Position numbers and translations under genes: made by a program. Shown piece by piece: positions 1-9,691 of a stretch of DNA of 64,000 nt; within the stretch, counting starts at the first letter, position 1; the number at the start of each line of letters is the position of its first letter. Source of the DNA: a virus; the IMG/VR virus record IMGVR_UViG_3300023179_000089, positions 1 through 64,000 of that record. One strand, written 5' to 3'. The notes beneath the pieces were generated by a model. That model saw only the letters and a program-made list of their open reading frames with translations, had not been told where the DNA came from and ran no database searches.

Positions 1-2
1 AG

Positions 3-275
3 ATTTTTCTGACAGTGGATCAAGCTATTGAGTTGATTATAAATTGTATGGAAAATGCCACAGACTCAACACCATACTGCCCGTCAATGAAATCTATGAG
101 TATTAAAAATTTGTTACAGGCAATGATAGAAAAGTATGGTAATGGAATTGATATACCTGTAAATATTATTGGGTTGCAGCCTGGAGAAAACATGCATGAA
201 AAAGTTTTAGAGCAAGGGCCCTATTCAAGTGAGGTAGATCAATTTACTATTGATGAAATTAAGGAGCTAATATGA
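3..275 (+). CDS. C-terminal part of a nucleotide-sugar 4,6-dehydratase (PseB/CapD-like), cut by the window edge
   Basis: IIGLQPGENMHE matches the family C-terminal G-x-R/Q-PGEK/N-x-HE motif; sugar-cluster context. Confidence 0.7.
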   Translation: MFLTVDQAIELIINCMENATDSTPYCPSMKSMSIKNLLQAMIEKYGNGIDIPVNIIGLQPGENMHEKVLEQGPYSSEVDQFTIDEIKELI

Positions 276-1180
276 AAATAGCATTTTTTACTGAAATGGG
301 ATTTCAAGGCAAAGTCCCTAGAACTCATAATAATATGAGAACGGAGTTTGCTTGGATGGTTGCTTTAGATGCTGATCATTATAATATCCATTCCAACCCT
401 ACCACTCAATATGATTTAGGAATAGTTATTATTCCTAAAAAGAACCCAGACTTTGATATTAATGTATTGAAGCAATATTGTAAAAAAGTTGCTGTAATGC
501 AAGAAGGTCCTAATTGGCTTTGGCAAGATTATGATTTAGAACGACAAGTTTGGTATTTCAATACATTAACTTCGGCAGATATAATTTTCACTCACAATGA
601 GTCAGATAGAAAATATTATCAAGGGCTAACAGCTCATTCAGATGTTAGAGTAATGCCTTCTTTAATGATTGAAGATGCTATAGGAAAATTAAACGTTGAA
701 GATCGAAGAGCCGTTATCATAGGAGGAAATTTTGTTTCTTGGTATGGCGGATTCGACTCTATGATTATAGCTAAAGAATTAGGGAAAGGCGAAAATGTAT
801 ATGCACCTTCAATGGGGCGTAAACAACCTTTAGAAGATCAGTTAGTTACTCATCTTCCTTACATGAATTGGAAACAATGGATTCATGAGCTTAATAAATT
901 TAAGTATGGAGTTCATTTAATGAGAACTCACGCAGCTGGTACGTTTGCTCTTAATTGCGCGTATTTAGGAATTCCTTGTATAGGATATAAAGGATTAGAC
1001 ACGCAGATGATTTGTCACCCCGACTTAACTGTTGAAGTCGGAGATTTAGATGCTGCTAGAAAAATTGCATCAAATCTTAGGAACGACGAAAATTTTTACT
1101 TATATTGCAGTAAAGTAAGTAAAGAAATGTATAATAAGTATTTTACAGAAACTCAATTTATAGAAAAATTTCATATATGA
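272..1180 (+). CDS. putative glycosyltransferase (GT-B-like)
   Basis: MKIAFF start; C-terminal GTFALNCAYLGIPCIG resembles the GT-B donor-binding motif; cluster context. Confidence 0.55.
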   Translation: MKIAFFTEMGFQGKVPRTHNNMRTEFAWMVALDADHYNIHSNPTTQYDLGIVIIPKKNPDFDINVLKQYCKKVAVMQEGPNWLWQDYDLERQVWYFNTLTSADIIFTHNESDRKYYQGLTAHSDVRVMPSLMIEDAIGKLNVEDRRAVIIGGNFVSWYGGFDSMIIAKELGKGENVYAPSMGRKQPLEDQLVTHLPYMNWKQWIHELNKFKYGVHLMRTHAAGTFALNCAYLGIPCIGYKGLDTQMICHPDLTVEVGDLDAARKIASNLRNDENFYLYCSKVSKEMYNKYFTETQFIEKFHI

Positions 1181-2040
1181 AAAAAATTTTAGTAACCGGT
1201 GGTGCTGGGTTTGTAGGCACTAATTTAATTAAACGGCTTCTTAAAGAAGGTCATAATGTAGTTTCAATTGATAACTATTCAACAGGACTTCTATCCAACC
1301 ATCAAGAAGGCGCTAATTACTATGGATATGATTGTGCAAATATTACTGATTACAGCGCGTTTGGAAATTTCGACGTGGTATATCATTTAGCTGCAATTGC
1401 TAGAATACAGCCTTCATTCAATCAGCCGTTGGAATATTTCAATTCAAATGCAGTAGCTACATTTAACGTAGCAATGTTCTGTGCGAAAAATAATATTCCA
1501 TTACAATTTGCGGGTTCAAGCTCACACCATTCAGGAAAATTTAAAAATCCATATACATTTTCCAAAGATATATCTGAAGAAATTATTAAACTTTGTCAAG
1601 AAATTTATGGTTTAAAAGCTACTATTACTAGATTTTACAATGTATACGGTCCTCATCATTTAAAAGATGGAGGATATTGCACTGTAATCGGAAAATGGGA
1701 AAAAGCTCTTGAAGATCATAATCCAATTACAATTTACGGTGACGGAACTAAAAGAAGAGACTTCACTCATATAGATGACATTGTCGAGGCTTTATTATTA
1801 ATTGAACAAAAAGAAGCTTGGGGTTATACATTTGAATTAGGTACTGGTACAAATTATTCTATTAAAGAAGTAGCAAACATGTTCGTCACTGACGATCATA
1901 TTGTATATGAGTCTAATAAACCAGGCGAAGCTGAAATTACTTTATGCACGGATAAATTAGCTTATGAAATTTTAGGGTGGAAAGCAAAATGTAGTTTATC
2001 AGAATATATCAAGTCTTGGATAGAAACATTTCATAATTAA
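1177..2040 (+). CDS. NAD-dependent epimerase/dehydratase (extended SDR)
   Basis: TGGAGFVG, HLAA, YTFSK (YxxxK), RFYNVYGP, GDGTKRRDF. Confidence 0.92.
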   Translation: MKKILVTGGAGFVGTNLIKRLLKEGHNVVSIDNYSTGLLSNHQEGANYYGYDCANITDYSAFGNFDVVYHLAAIARIQPSFNQPLEYFNSNAVATFNVAMFCAKNNIPLQFAGSSSHHSGKFKNPYTFSKDISEEIIKLCQEIYGLKATITRFYNVYGPHHLKDGGYCTVIGKWEKALEDHNPITIYGDGTKRRDFTHIDDIVEALLLIEQKEAWGYTFELGTGTNYSIKEVANMFVTDDHIVYESNKPGEAEITLCTDKLAYEILGWKAKCSLSEYIKSWIETFHN

Positions 2041-2045
2041 TTCTA

Positions 2046-3239
2046 ATGGAAAAAATTACGTTTGTATTACCTAGCAGAAATAATTTAGATTTTTTGCAAT
2101 TAGCATATCAATCGATAAGAAAATTACATACAGTACATGATATACTAATATTAGACGATGCTAGCTTTGATGGTACGCGCGATTGGATTGAATCGCTAAG
2201 TGACGAAAATTTAATTACATATTACAACCCAGGTCCGGATCGTATAGGCATTGTAGGAATGTTTGACAAAGGAATTGAAATGGCTCGAACTGAAATAATA
2301 TTCGCATTTCATGCTGATATGATAGCAGCCCCAAATTTAGATGAAAATATTCTTAAACATTTAAAACCAGGAACTGTCGTATGCGCTACAAGAATTGAAC
2401 CTCCATTGCATCCTCCAGGTCCTGAAAAGCTTACTGAAAATTTTGGAATTGAATCTACAGAATTCAATGAAAAGTTATTTTTAGAATATGTAAATTATAC
2501 ATGTAAAAATTTTCAAAATAAAATAACTGAAGGAATTTTCGCACCATGGTGTATGTATAAAAAAGATTATCTAGATGTAGGAGGTCATGACGAATTGTTC
2601 GCGCCTCAATCTAAGGAAGACTCGGATTTGTTTAATCGTTTCGTATTAAATGGATATAAGGTAATTCAGTCTTGGGATGGTTTAGTATACCATTTTACAT
2701 CAAGAGGAAGTAGATTTAACAAATTCTCCGGCGGTGCTGCAGGGAAAGACAGTTCAGAATGGCAGTATACTACAAGTAAAAACGCAAGAAATTTCATTCG
2801 TAAATGGGGTCATTTTGTACGTCATGACGAATATATGAAACCTATCATACCTCATAAATACAATATTCACGCCGTTATTGAAAATTGCTCGGTATCTATT
2901 TTAGAAGCTGTCGAGCCATGGTTTAGTAGTGTGATGTTAAAGACAAATTCTTTAGATTTAATTTTCAATTACATTCAAAAAGAACAACTAAATACAACCT
3001 TTGATTTGTTAAAGCGTCTGCAGATATTCAATGAAAAAACATTTAATATGGATACTATTGATATTTTAGTTGAATTTGACGCTAGAAAATTTACTCAAAA
3101 CTCATTTAATATTTTACAAAATTTATCAGATATTATCACTGAAACTAACGATATAGGAGAATTTGATATCGATTGTTTTCGAATTACTATTACCAATTTA
3201 CGCACATATGAAAATCAATTAATACAATGCAACAGTTAG
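2046..3239 (+). CDS. glycosyltransferase family 2
   Basis: ITFVLPSRNN, ILDDASFDGT, HAD (DxD-like), EDSDL. Confidence 0.85.
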   Translation: MEKITFVLPSRNNLDFLQLAYQSIRKLHTVHDILILDDASFDGTRDWIESLSDENLITYYNPGPDRIGIVGMFDKGIEMARTEIIFAFHADMIAAPNLDENILKHLKPGTVVCATRIEPPLHPPGPEKLTENFGIESTEFNEKLFLEYVNYTCKNFQNKITEGIFAPWCMYKKDYLDVGGHDELFAPQSKEDSDLFNRFVLNGYKVIQSWDGLVYHFTSRGSRFNKFSGGAAGKDSSEWQYTTSKNARNFIRKWGHFVRHDEYMKPIIPHKYNIHAVIENCSVSILEAVEPWFSSVMLKTNSLDLIFNYIQKEQLNTTFDLLKRLQIFNEKTFNMDTIDILVEFDARKFTQNSFNILQNLSDIITETNDIGEFDIDCFRITITNLRTYENQLIQCNS

Positions 3240-4078
3240 GAATTATTGGCCAAGGCTTCGTTGGATCGGCCATTCGAGAAGGAATGCAACATGTGTTTGA
3301 TGTTATCGCATTCGATAAAGATCCAAAAAAATATTCAAACGCAAACTCGATTTTTGAGGTAGTTGAATCGACAGATATGACATTTGTCTGTGTACCAACG
3401 CCGATGAAACATTCAGGAGAATGTGACTTGTCAATTTTAAACAATGCACTTTCTGAAATTTCAGAATGCGCAAAATCTCTAAGAAAGACCGACTACATAG
3501 TAGTCATAAAGTCTACGATCCCCCCTGGTACGACTGTAGAACTAAATAAAATCTACAAAAATTTAAGCATTGTATTCAATCCTGAATTTTTAACAGAAGC
3601 GAATGCAGTAGATGATTATCGAAATCAAAATAGAATAATTATAGGCGGAGAGCGACCCGGGACAACTCTTGTACGACAAATGTTCTCAAAAGCATTTCCA
3701 AAAGTACCAATCATAAAAACATCTTCGACTATTGCAGAAATGATTAAGTATGTAACAAATACATTTCTTGCTACAAAAGTTTCATTTGCAAATGAAATGT
3801 TTGAAATTTGTCAGAAGTTAGATATCGATTATGATAAAGTAATTGAATATGCACGATACGATGAACGATTAGGAAATTCACATTGGTCGGTACCTGGACC
3901 AGATGGGCATATGGGCTGGGGACTAAGTTGTTTTCCGAAAGATCTTAATGCATTAATGCATTTAGCAAAGCAGCATAATGTCGATGCTACTATGTTAGAA
4001 GCTACATGGAAGAAAAATTTATTAGTACGACCGGAATGTGATTGGGAACAATTGAAAGGACGGGCAGTGTCAATTTAA
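3227..4078 (+). CDS. UDP-glucose/GDP-mannose dehydrogenase family protein (short form lacking the C-terminal domain)
   Basis: GIIGQGFVG, CVPTP, KSTIPPG, NPEFL, AEMIKY, GLSCFPKD. Confidence 0.9.
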   Translation: MQQLGIIGQGFVGSAIREGMQHVFDVIAFDKDPKKYSNANSIFEVVESTDMTFVCVPTPMKHSGECDLSILNNALSEISECAKSLRKTDYIVVIKSTIPPGTTVELNKIYKNLSIVFNPEFLTEANAVDDYRNQNRIIIGGERPGTTLVRQMFSKAFPKVPIIKTSSTIAEMIKYVTNTFLATKVSFANEMFEICQKLDIDYDKVIEYARYDERLGNSHWSVPGPDGHMGWGLSCFPKDLNALMHLAKQHNVDATMLEATWKKNLLVRPECDWEQLKGRAVSI

Positions 4079-4139
4079 TATTATAAAGATTTGGTTTGTT
4101 AAAAAATTATTCTTATTTTTAAGTAAAATAATTATAATC

Positions 4140-4379
4140 GTGCAGTATTTTATATTCTTACCTGGGGACACAGAAAAAGACGCTTCTCTTGATACAAATT
4201 TATTAGGAGAATCGTCTTTTTCGACGTTTTATGCTGGATTAGGACTCAAAGCTTTGATGAAAATGGTCGATCGAGCTCCGGAACATTTAAGTTCAGTTAC
4301 AATAAAAACAGATCAAAATCAAACATTAACTATAGATCAATTTCTATCTGAAATTCGACATTTAAAAGTAAAAATGTAA
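4140..4379 (+). CDS. hypothetical protein
   Basis: ORF downstream of a TTTGG-N-TATTTTTA promoter. Confidence 0.65.
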   Translation: MQYFIFLPGDTEKDASLDTNLLGESSFSTFYAGLGLKALMKMVDRAPEHLSSVTIKTDQNQTLTIDQFLSEIRHLKVKM

Positions 4380-4810
4380 TGGAAGACGCTTCAATTATTT
4401 CGTATCGATCAAAGATCGATTCTCAATTTCAAGTTTTTGTAGTTTATAAAGAACATGAGCATTATGACTTTATCAGAGAAATGCTGTATAAATGTAATAA
4501 TTCTATAGCTGCATTGCAAGTAAATACAACAAACATTTATATAGACGGAGAGTCTATTGAAGATCTTACTGCAGATCAAATGTTAGCCATTGAGGCTCAT
4601 GAAATTGCACATTATCAACTAAAACATCCTGCAGGGGTATCTGAAGATTTAGAAATTGAAGCAGATTTATTTGCGATTAGTTTATTAGAGTTAGATGGGT
4701 ATTTCGAGGCTGCTAAATACTTAAAGCAGCGATTAAATGATTTGTATGATATAGACTTTGATGAATTTGATTCAGAATGGAATGAGTCTGAAGAAGACAC
4801 GCTTTTATAG
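4379..4810 (+). CDS. HExxH zinc metallopeptidase-like protein (M48/IrrE-like)
   Basis: AHEIAH plus downstream EIEAD. Confidence 0.65.
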   Translation: MEDASIISYRSKIDSQFQVFVVYKEHEHYDFIREMLYKCNNSIAALQVNTTNIYIDGESIEDLTADQMLAIEAHEIAHYQLKHPAGVSEDLEIEADLFAISLLELDGYFEAAKYLKQRLNDLYDIDFDEFDSEWNESEEDTLL

Positions 4811-4833
4811 CGTATTTGGATATTTATTATTGA

Positions 4834-5232
4834 ATGATATCCTTAAAACAACTTCTTTCTGAAAATATAACAAAAGAGCAACAAGACGTTGCCAATTCAT
4901 ACTTCGTTGAGTTTACAAAGACTTTTAAAACGAAAGTAAATTTCAAATATATAGGATTGAAAAATAAAGAATTGGTATTTTCGGCTCCATTAACAGATTT
5001 AGGTTTTTTAAATTTAATAATTTCAGATGCAGTTTTAATAGCTCGTATTACTGATTCATACGCATATTTCGGAGTTATCTATACATTGAATGGACTTGAG
5101 CAATTTGACGCGACAGTATGTAAAATGAAAAGAGCGAAAAATTCAATTGAAGTAAAATTGTTTGACGATTCAGACAGTGATTTCAGTAATCAAAATACCA
5201 ATTTCGCAAAACTATTCAAATTAATGGTGTAG
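4834..5232 (+). CDS. hypothetical protein, possibly virion-associated
   Basis: ATATTTAT late motif upstream; MISLKQLLSE leader. Confidence 0.65.
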   Translation: MISLKQLLSENITKEQQDVANSYFVEFTKTFKTKVNFKYIGLKNKELVFSAPLTDLGFLNLIISDAVLIARITDSYAYFGVIYTLNGLEQFDATVCKMKRAKNSIEVKLFDDSDSDFSNQNTNFAKLFKLMV

Positions 5233-5235
5233 ATA

Positions 5236-5928
5236 ATGAATACAATAGAATCGTTTAATTTTGTGTGTAACGTAACTGCACAAACAAATGAATTTATTGT
5301 TTCCAATGCACTTCCCGATCAATTAGCTGACCAATTATTATTAGATGGCCAATGTCATATAGATCATGAAGGATTTGATTTAAATGAAATTGAGTTAGCA
5401 TACTATAAAGCTAATGGAATTTCACTTTCATATGATAATACCTGGTACAAAGACGGAGGGCAAACTGCCGGAACTAATTCTGTTTTAGAGCCATGGTGCA
5501 TACAATCAAGTCCAATTGAAAATTTAATTATCGATCATAGTCATTTTGTTTTTAAATTTCCTATTACAGGAGATGCTCGAGCTCAAATATTAAAATACAT
5601 ACCTAGACGCGCCGAACTTCTACGTTTACTGTCTGTAAATTTCAAGTGTGGTTTAGATTTATGTATTGATTATTTAAATCATTCAAAACAGTCTGTAGAT
5701 CCAATAGTTCATATTGAATGGGACTTTGATAACATTCAAGAGTTAGTTTTATGTGCGCGCAAAGTACAGAATATTTTAAATGAAAAAGAATGGCTTCATT
5801 CAATTGATTCTATACTTCGATTCAACCAATTAGCTAGAAAAAATAAAATCGATGCGTTTGCACAGGCTGACACTCGATCAATGATCATTTTCGGTGAAAA
5901 ATCATATAAATTAATACCGACTTTATAA
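5236..5928 (+). CDS. hypothetical protein
   Basis: 230-aa ORF in operon. Confidence 0.75.
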   Translation: MNTIESFNFVCNVTAQTNEFIVSNALPDQLADQLLLDGQCHIDHEGFDLNEIELAYYKANGISLSYDNTWYKDGGQTAGTNSVLEPWCIQSSPIENLIIDHSHFVFKFPITGDARAQILKYIPRRAELLRLLSVNFKCGLDLCIDYLNHSKQSVDPIVHIEWDFDNIQELVLCARKVQNILNEKEWLHSIDSILRFNQLARKNKIDAFAQADTRSMIIFGEKSYKLIPTL

Positions 5929-5972
5929 TTACATTTTAACCTTATTACTGATATTTATTAATAAATTTTACA

Positions 5973-7802
5973 ATGATACATGAAGATCTTCGAGCTTGGT
6001 TTGGTAAAGGAAAAAAAGGCGGAGTAGGAGGAGGTGGTTGGGACAGATACAACGCATCAGGAGATCGTGTTGGAAAGTGTGGAGATGCGAAAGAAGGAGA
6101 TCCTTATTCGGCGTGTTTATCCAAAGAAAAAGCAGCTAAATTAGGAAAAGCTGGCAGAGCGGCATTTGTAAAAAGAAAGCGAGCTGCACAGAAAAAAGGA
6201 GGAGATGCTAAAAAAGGTGGCGAACGTAGTAAAGGTCAAAAACCTATCAAAGTGAAAACAGAAGTTAATGAAAACTTTGCAGATGGTAAAAAGCCAGGTC
6301 GCAAAGGATTGTCTAAACGATTTGGCATTAGTCAAAAAATGTCTGTTGCACAATTAGAAAAAATAGCCAACTCATCTTCAGGAGAAAAGAAAAAAATGGC
6401 TCAATGGAATTTAAACATGAAACGAGGTCGTATGAAAAAAGAAAATTTAGACCCAGATACATTCAAAGATACCGGTAAAGCAGCTCCGTATGGATCCGGA
6501 TATCAAGAGTTAGAAGAACGTTTAAATTTGTTTCTTGAGAAAAACGTTCCGACAGATCCAGGTAAATGGTCTTATTATAAAAGTCAAGCAAAAAAGAAGT
6601 TTGACGTGTATCCATCAGCTTATGCAAATGCATGGGCAGCTAAAAAATACAAAGCAGCGGGAGGCAGATGGAGAGTAGCTGAAACGAAAATAACTGCTTT
6701 AGAATCAAATCTTTTAAAAGTTTCAAAACCATATAAAATACTTCCTGGTGATATGGTGCGTAATATCAATCCAGATTGCACACACTATCGATCAACCGGT
6801 AAAGTAGTTTTTGTGCATGATGACGGAGACATTACTTATCAAGTAAATAATCAAGGAGCTACATATACACCAGGAGATGAATTGACTAAATCTGCAGATC
6901 AGCTTATTAAAATTTTTACGCATACTCCGAGACCAGGCTATGCATCATTTTCCAATGAGTCGAAATTAAATGAATGTGTAGTTGCTAAAGTATCATTTCC
7001 TGAAACAACAGTATTAGCCAAAAACCGAGATCGTGGATATAAAGCAGAAATTGAAGTTATTCATGAAATTATCAATGGAGTAGAAGTTGTATATTTACAT
7101 GATCGGTTAACTGATTGGTCTGAAGGAATGAATGAATTCGGAATTGGAATTATCAATGCATCTCTTACTGTCGATTTTGATGAAAAAGAAGGAGACATAG
7201 CGAAACAAAACATTGAAAAAGGAAAAGCTCCGAATACATCGTATGATGGTTTGAAAATACGAACTGCATTAGCAACTAAAAGACTTTCTGAAGCAGTAAG
7301 ATCTGTAGTTTCATTTAAAGGAGAAGATTCTAAAGATGTAGGAGTGAAAGGAATGACAATTATTGCAAACCCAAATCATTCATTCTTAATTGAAATGACT
7401 TCTAAACACGCTCCGATAATTAAAAAAATAGATTCAGATAAAGTTGTAGTGCGAACCAATCACGGTATTGCACATCCCGAAACTGGATACACTTCTGGAA
7501 TTAAGCGTAAATCTTCTGAATCTAGAATGAAAATTGCTCAAGAAAAACTTAATGATGTTTCTTCTCCACACGAGGTTTTAAATGTTCTTTCGAAACAATA
7601 TACTAAAGATAATTTTTTAAACCCATATCGAAGAACAAATAAATACGATATGGAAACAACATCTCAAATAATGTATAATCTAAATGATTTAGAATTTACG
7701 TTACGTTGGGATATCGATCATTCAGAATTTAAAGGAATTGTATCACATTTACCAACCGGTTATAACCCAAAAATAAAAGTTATTGTAACTGAAATAGATT
7801 AA
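5973..7802 (+). CDS. multi-module putative head polyprotein with a C-terminal Ntn-hydrolase (C45/C59-like) domain
   Basis: late motif upstream; basic modules separated by xxE motifs; LNE-CVV...LAKNRD, EGMNEFG, RTNHG. Confidence 0.65.
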   Translation: MIHEDLRAWFGKGKKGGVGGGGWDRYNASGDRVGKCGDAKEGDPYSACLSKEKAAKLGKAGRAAFVKRKRAAQKKGGDAKKGGERSKGQKPIKVKTEVNENFADGKKPGRKGLSKRFGISQKMSVAQLEKIANSSSGEKKKMAQWNLNMKRGRMKKENLDPDTFKDTGKAAPYGSGYQELEERLNLFLEKNVPTDPGKWSYYKSQAKKKFDVYPSAYANAWAAKKYKAAGGRWRVAETKITALESNLLKVSKPYKILPGDMVRNINPDCTHYRSTGKVVFVHDDGDITYQVNNQGATYTPGDELTKSADQLIKIFTHTPRPGYASFSNESKLNECVVAKVSFPETTVLAKNRDRGYKAEIEVIHEIINGVEVVYLHDRLTDWSEGMNEFGIGIINASLTVDFDEKEGDIAKQNIEKGKAPNTSYDGLKIRTALATKRLSEAVRSVVSFKGEDSKDVGVKGMTIIANPNHSFLIEMTSKHAPIIKKIDSDKVVVRTNHGIAHPETGYTSGIKRKSSESRMKIAQEKLNDVSSPHEVLNVLSKQYTKDNFLNPYRRTNKYDMETTSQIMYNLNDLEFTLRWDIDHSEFKGIVSHLPTGYNPKIKVIVTEID

Positions 7803-7804
7803 TC

Positions 7805-8020
7805 ATGAAAAATTATTTAAATCAAATAATGAACGATGCCTTCGAGATTCTTGAAGCAAAAAAAGTTGAGTGGCCTGTAGAATTAGATAAACAACAAAAA
7901 ATAATGTTGATGAATAAATGTTTAGAATATTTCGAGCTTAATGAAGACTACAATAAATGTAAAGTAATACAACATAAAATACAAGTAATGTCTCGCAAAA
8001 GAATACGGCGAAAATCATAG
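7805..8020 (+). CDS. hypothetical protein (UVR-like helical motif)
   Basis: YFELNEDYNKC. Confidence 0.6.
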   Translation: MKNYLNQIMNDAFEILEAKKVEWPVELDKQQKIMLMNKCLEYFELNEDYNKCKVIQHKIQVMSRKRIRRKS

Positions 8021-8086
8021 AATTGGATATTTATATATGACCGAAAAAGGTCGTAACAAATTATTAATCATTTAAAATAAAAATTT

Positions 8087-8281
8087 ATGGAAAAGACAGT
8101 TTTTGAAATTAAAGCAGATATTGATACTCTTATTGCCGAGTTCAATACCAATCACGCTACTTTCGAATCAAAAGGAAACAAGGCAGCTGCGACACGAGCT
8201 CGTAAAGCAATTAACGAAATTAAAAAACTCGTTACTGCGTATAAAAAAGCAAGCGTTGAGCACGTTAAAGCAGCGAAGTAA
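8087..8281 (+). CDS. histone H1-like Hc1-family DNA-binding protein
   Basis: KGNKAAATRARK...YKKASV signature of Bacteroidota Hc1-like proteins. Confidence 0.8.
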   Translation: MEKTVFEIKADIDTLIAEFNTNHATFESKGNKAAATRARKAINEIKKLVTAYKKASVEHVKAAK

Positions 8282-8325
8282 CTAAAATTTATCAACGTCG
8301 CTTATGAATTGTCAAATTTAATATA

Positions 8326-8613
8326 ATGAAAAAAGAAGAATTAATAAAAATTATTCGAGAAGAAATTCAAAACGAATTGGCAAATAATAATTTGCAAATA
8401 AACGAAATATATGACTTAGATCAAGTTAACTATAGCTCGGCAATTCGTAAGCACGTTGACAATTTAGTTGATTCAATTGAAAAAACAACTCTGTCTAAAA
8501 CAGCTATCGCTTCTATTTTAAATGACATTATCATGGGTCTAGGTTTGAATAGAACTCAAATGACCATGTATATGACAATGATAAAGCAGCATAGACAAAA
8601 ATATGGCTTCTAA
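8326..8613 (+). CDS. IIREEI-leader protein (putative head cargo)
   Basis: MKKEELIKIIREEI leader. Confidence 0.7.
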   Translation: MKKEELIKIIREEIQNELANNNLQINEIYDLDQVNYSSAIRKHVDNLVDSIEKTTLSKTAIASILNDIIMGLGLNRTQMTMYMTMIKQHRQKYGF

Positions 8614-8653
8614 TCAATTAGAAGTTTTTGTAAACCAATAAATAGAAACATGA

Positions 8654-8905
8654 GTGATGGCAGTAAGCAAAATCGTGCAAAATTTAAAGAAACGATTGTG
8701 GTTAGAGAGAATATCTCTTTGTTGCATGATGCTAGCAGTTTTTTTCAACCCAATGGGGTTCGACCTGGTCCAATATTGGTTGATAAAGAATACTGGAAGT
8801 ATTTGGCAAGCGAATTTGGTTTTGTATGCGTTGTCGGGTCTATGCTTTGGATTATCTATTTTATTTCGCAAATTATATAAACAATCTACCTCGAAATTTA
8901 TATGA
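8654..8905 (+). CDS. small membrane protein
   Basis: two hydrophobic segments; FFNPMGFD; abuts the next gene. Confidence 0.6.
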   Translation: MMAVSKIVQNLKKRLWLERISLCCMMLAVFFNPMGFDLVQYWLIKNTGSIWQANLVLYALSGLCFGLSILFRKLYKQSTSKFI

Positions 8906-9195
8906 AAAAATCTACATTAATTCAAATAATTCGAGAAGAAATTCAAAAAGAGTTACGTGAAGCATATGGAATGGAGTCTTTATACTACTCTGCTCCAAGC
9001 GGTTATGAACAGTTACCTAAAGGACGAGATGTTCGCATACAACATTTTACCAATTACGAAAAATGGAAAGTTATTGCAATGCAATTAGGGGCTGTTATTC
9101 AAGACCGCGGCGATGATTGGATTGCAGTAATGCCAAATCAAGATAAGCTCGGTACATTTTCCAAGCTTAATCGAATGGGCACACTTTCTATTTAA
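8902..9195 (+). CDS. IIREEI-leader protein (putative head cargo)
   Basis: MKKSTLIQIIREEIQKELRE leader. Confidence 0.7.
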   Translation: MKKSTLIQIIREEIQKELREAYGMESLYYSAPSGYEQLPKGRDVRIQHFTNYEKWKVIAMQLGAVIQDRGDDWIAVMPNQDKLGTFSKLNRMGTLSI

Positions 9196-9200
9196 TCATA

Positions 9201-9359
9201 ATGGCAACAAAAAAGAAATTATCAGTAAAAGACACGCGCACTCAAAAAATAACTTTCGGAACGAAAAAGTCTCGTAAAGGCGTACATTCAAAATCAAAAA
9301 ATTCCAAATTAAAACAAAGTAAAAATTATCGAAAAAAATATCGCGGTCAAGGTAGATAA
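9201..9359 (+). CDS. small very basic protein ending KKYRGQGR (52 aa, not in ORF track)
   Basis: manual translation MATKKKLSVK...NYRKKYRGQGR*; fills the intergenic gap. Confidence 0.7.
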   Translation: MATKKKLSVKDTRTQKITFGTKKSRKGVHSKSKNSKLKQSKNYRKKYRGQGR

Positions 9360-9399
9360 ATTTGGTACTTTCAATTTTAATTCTTATATTTAAGAAAGA

Positions 9400-9681
9400 T
9401 TGAATCCAATGTTATTAATTGCAGTGATACTTTTATCAATAATTACTGTTTTAACTTCGACTATGATAGTCGTTGCTTTCACACAAATTAAAAATTTACG
9501 TCAATCTCTGGATCGATTGCAAGAAACGCAGTCACTACATTCTAGAGAAATTTCAGGATTGATTCAACATGGTCAAAATGTCGCTGTTGGATTAAATGAT
9601 GTCATTTTATCTTTACAAAATAGAGATCGATTCATATTATCAAAAACTATGCTTAATCCAACTGTTATGGGCGAAGCTTAA
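9400..9681 (+). CDS. membrane-anchored hypothetical protein
   Basis: N-terminal TM helix plus coiled coil; promoter at 9361-9392. Confidence 0.65.
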   Translation: MNPMLLIAVILLSIITVLTSTMIVVAFTQIKNLRQSLDRLQETQSLHSREISGLIQHGQNVAVGLNDVILSLQNRDRFILSKTMLNPTVMGEA

Positions 9682-9691
9682 TTTAACGACA

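Noticed and set aside
1-20. Possible 1-nt deletion (AGA TTT TTC TG- ACA GTG would read RFFWTV)
   Set aside because: At the window edge and the alternative frame is open, so it cannot be judged.
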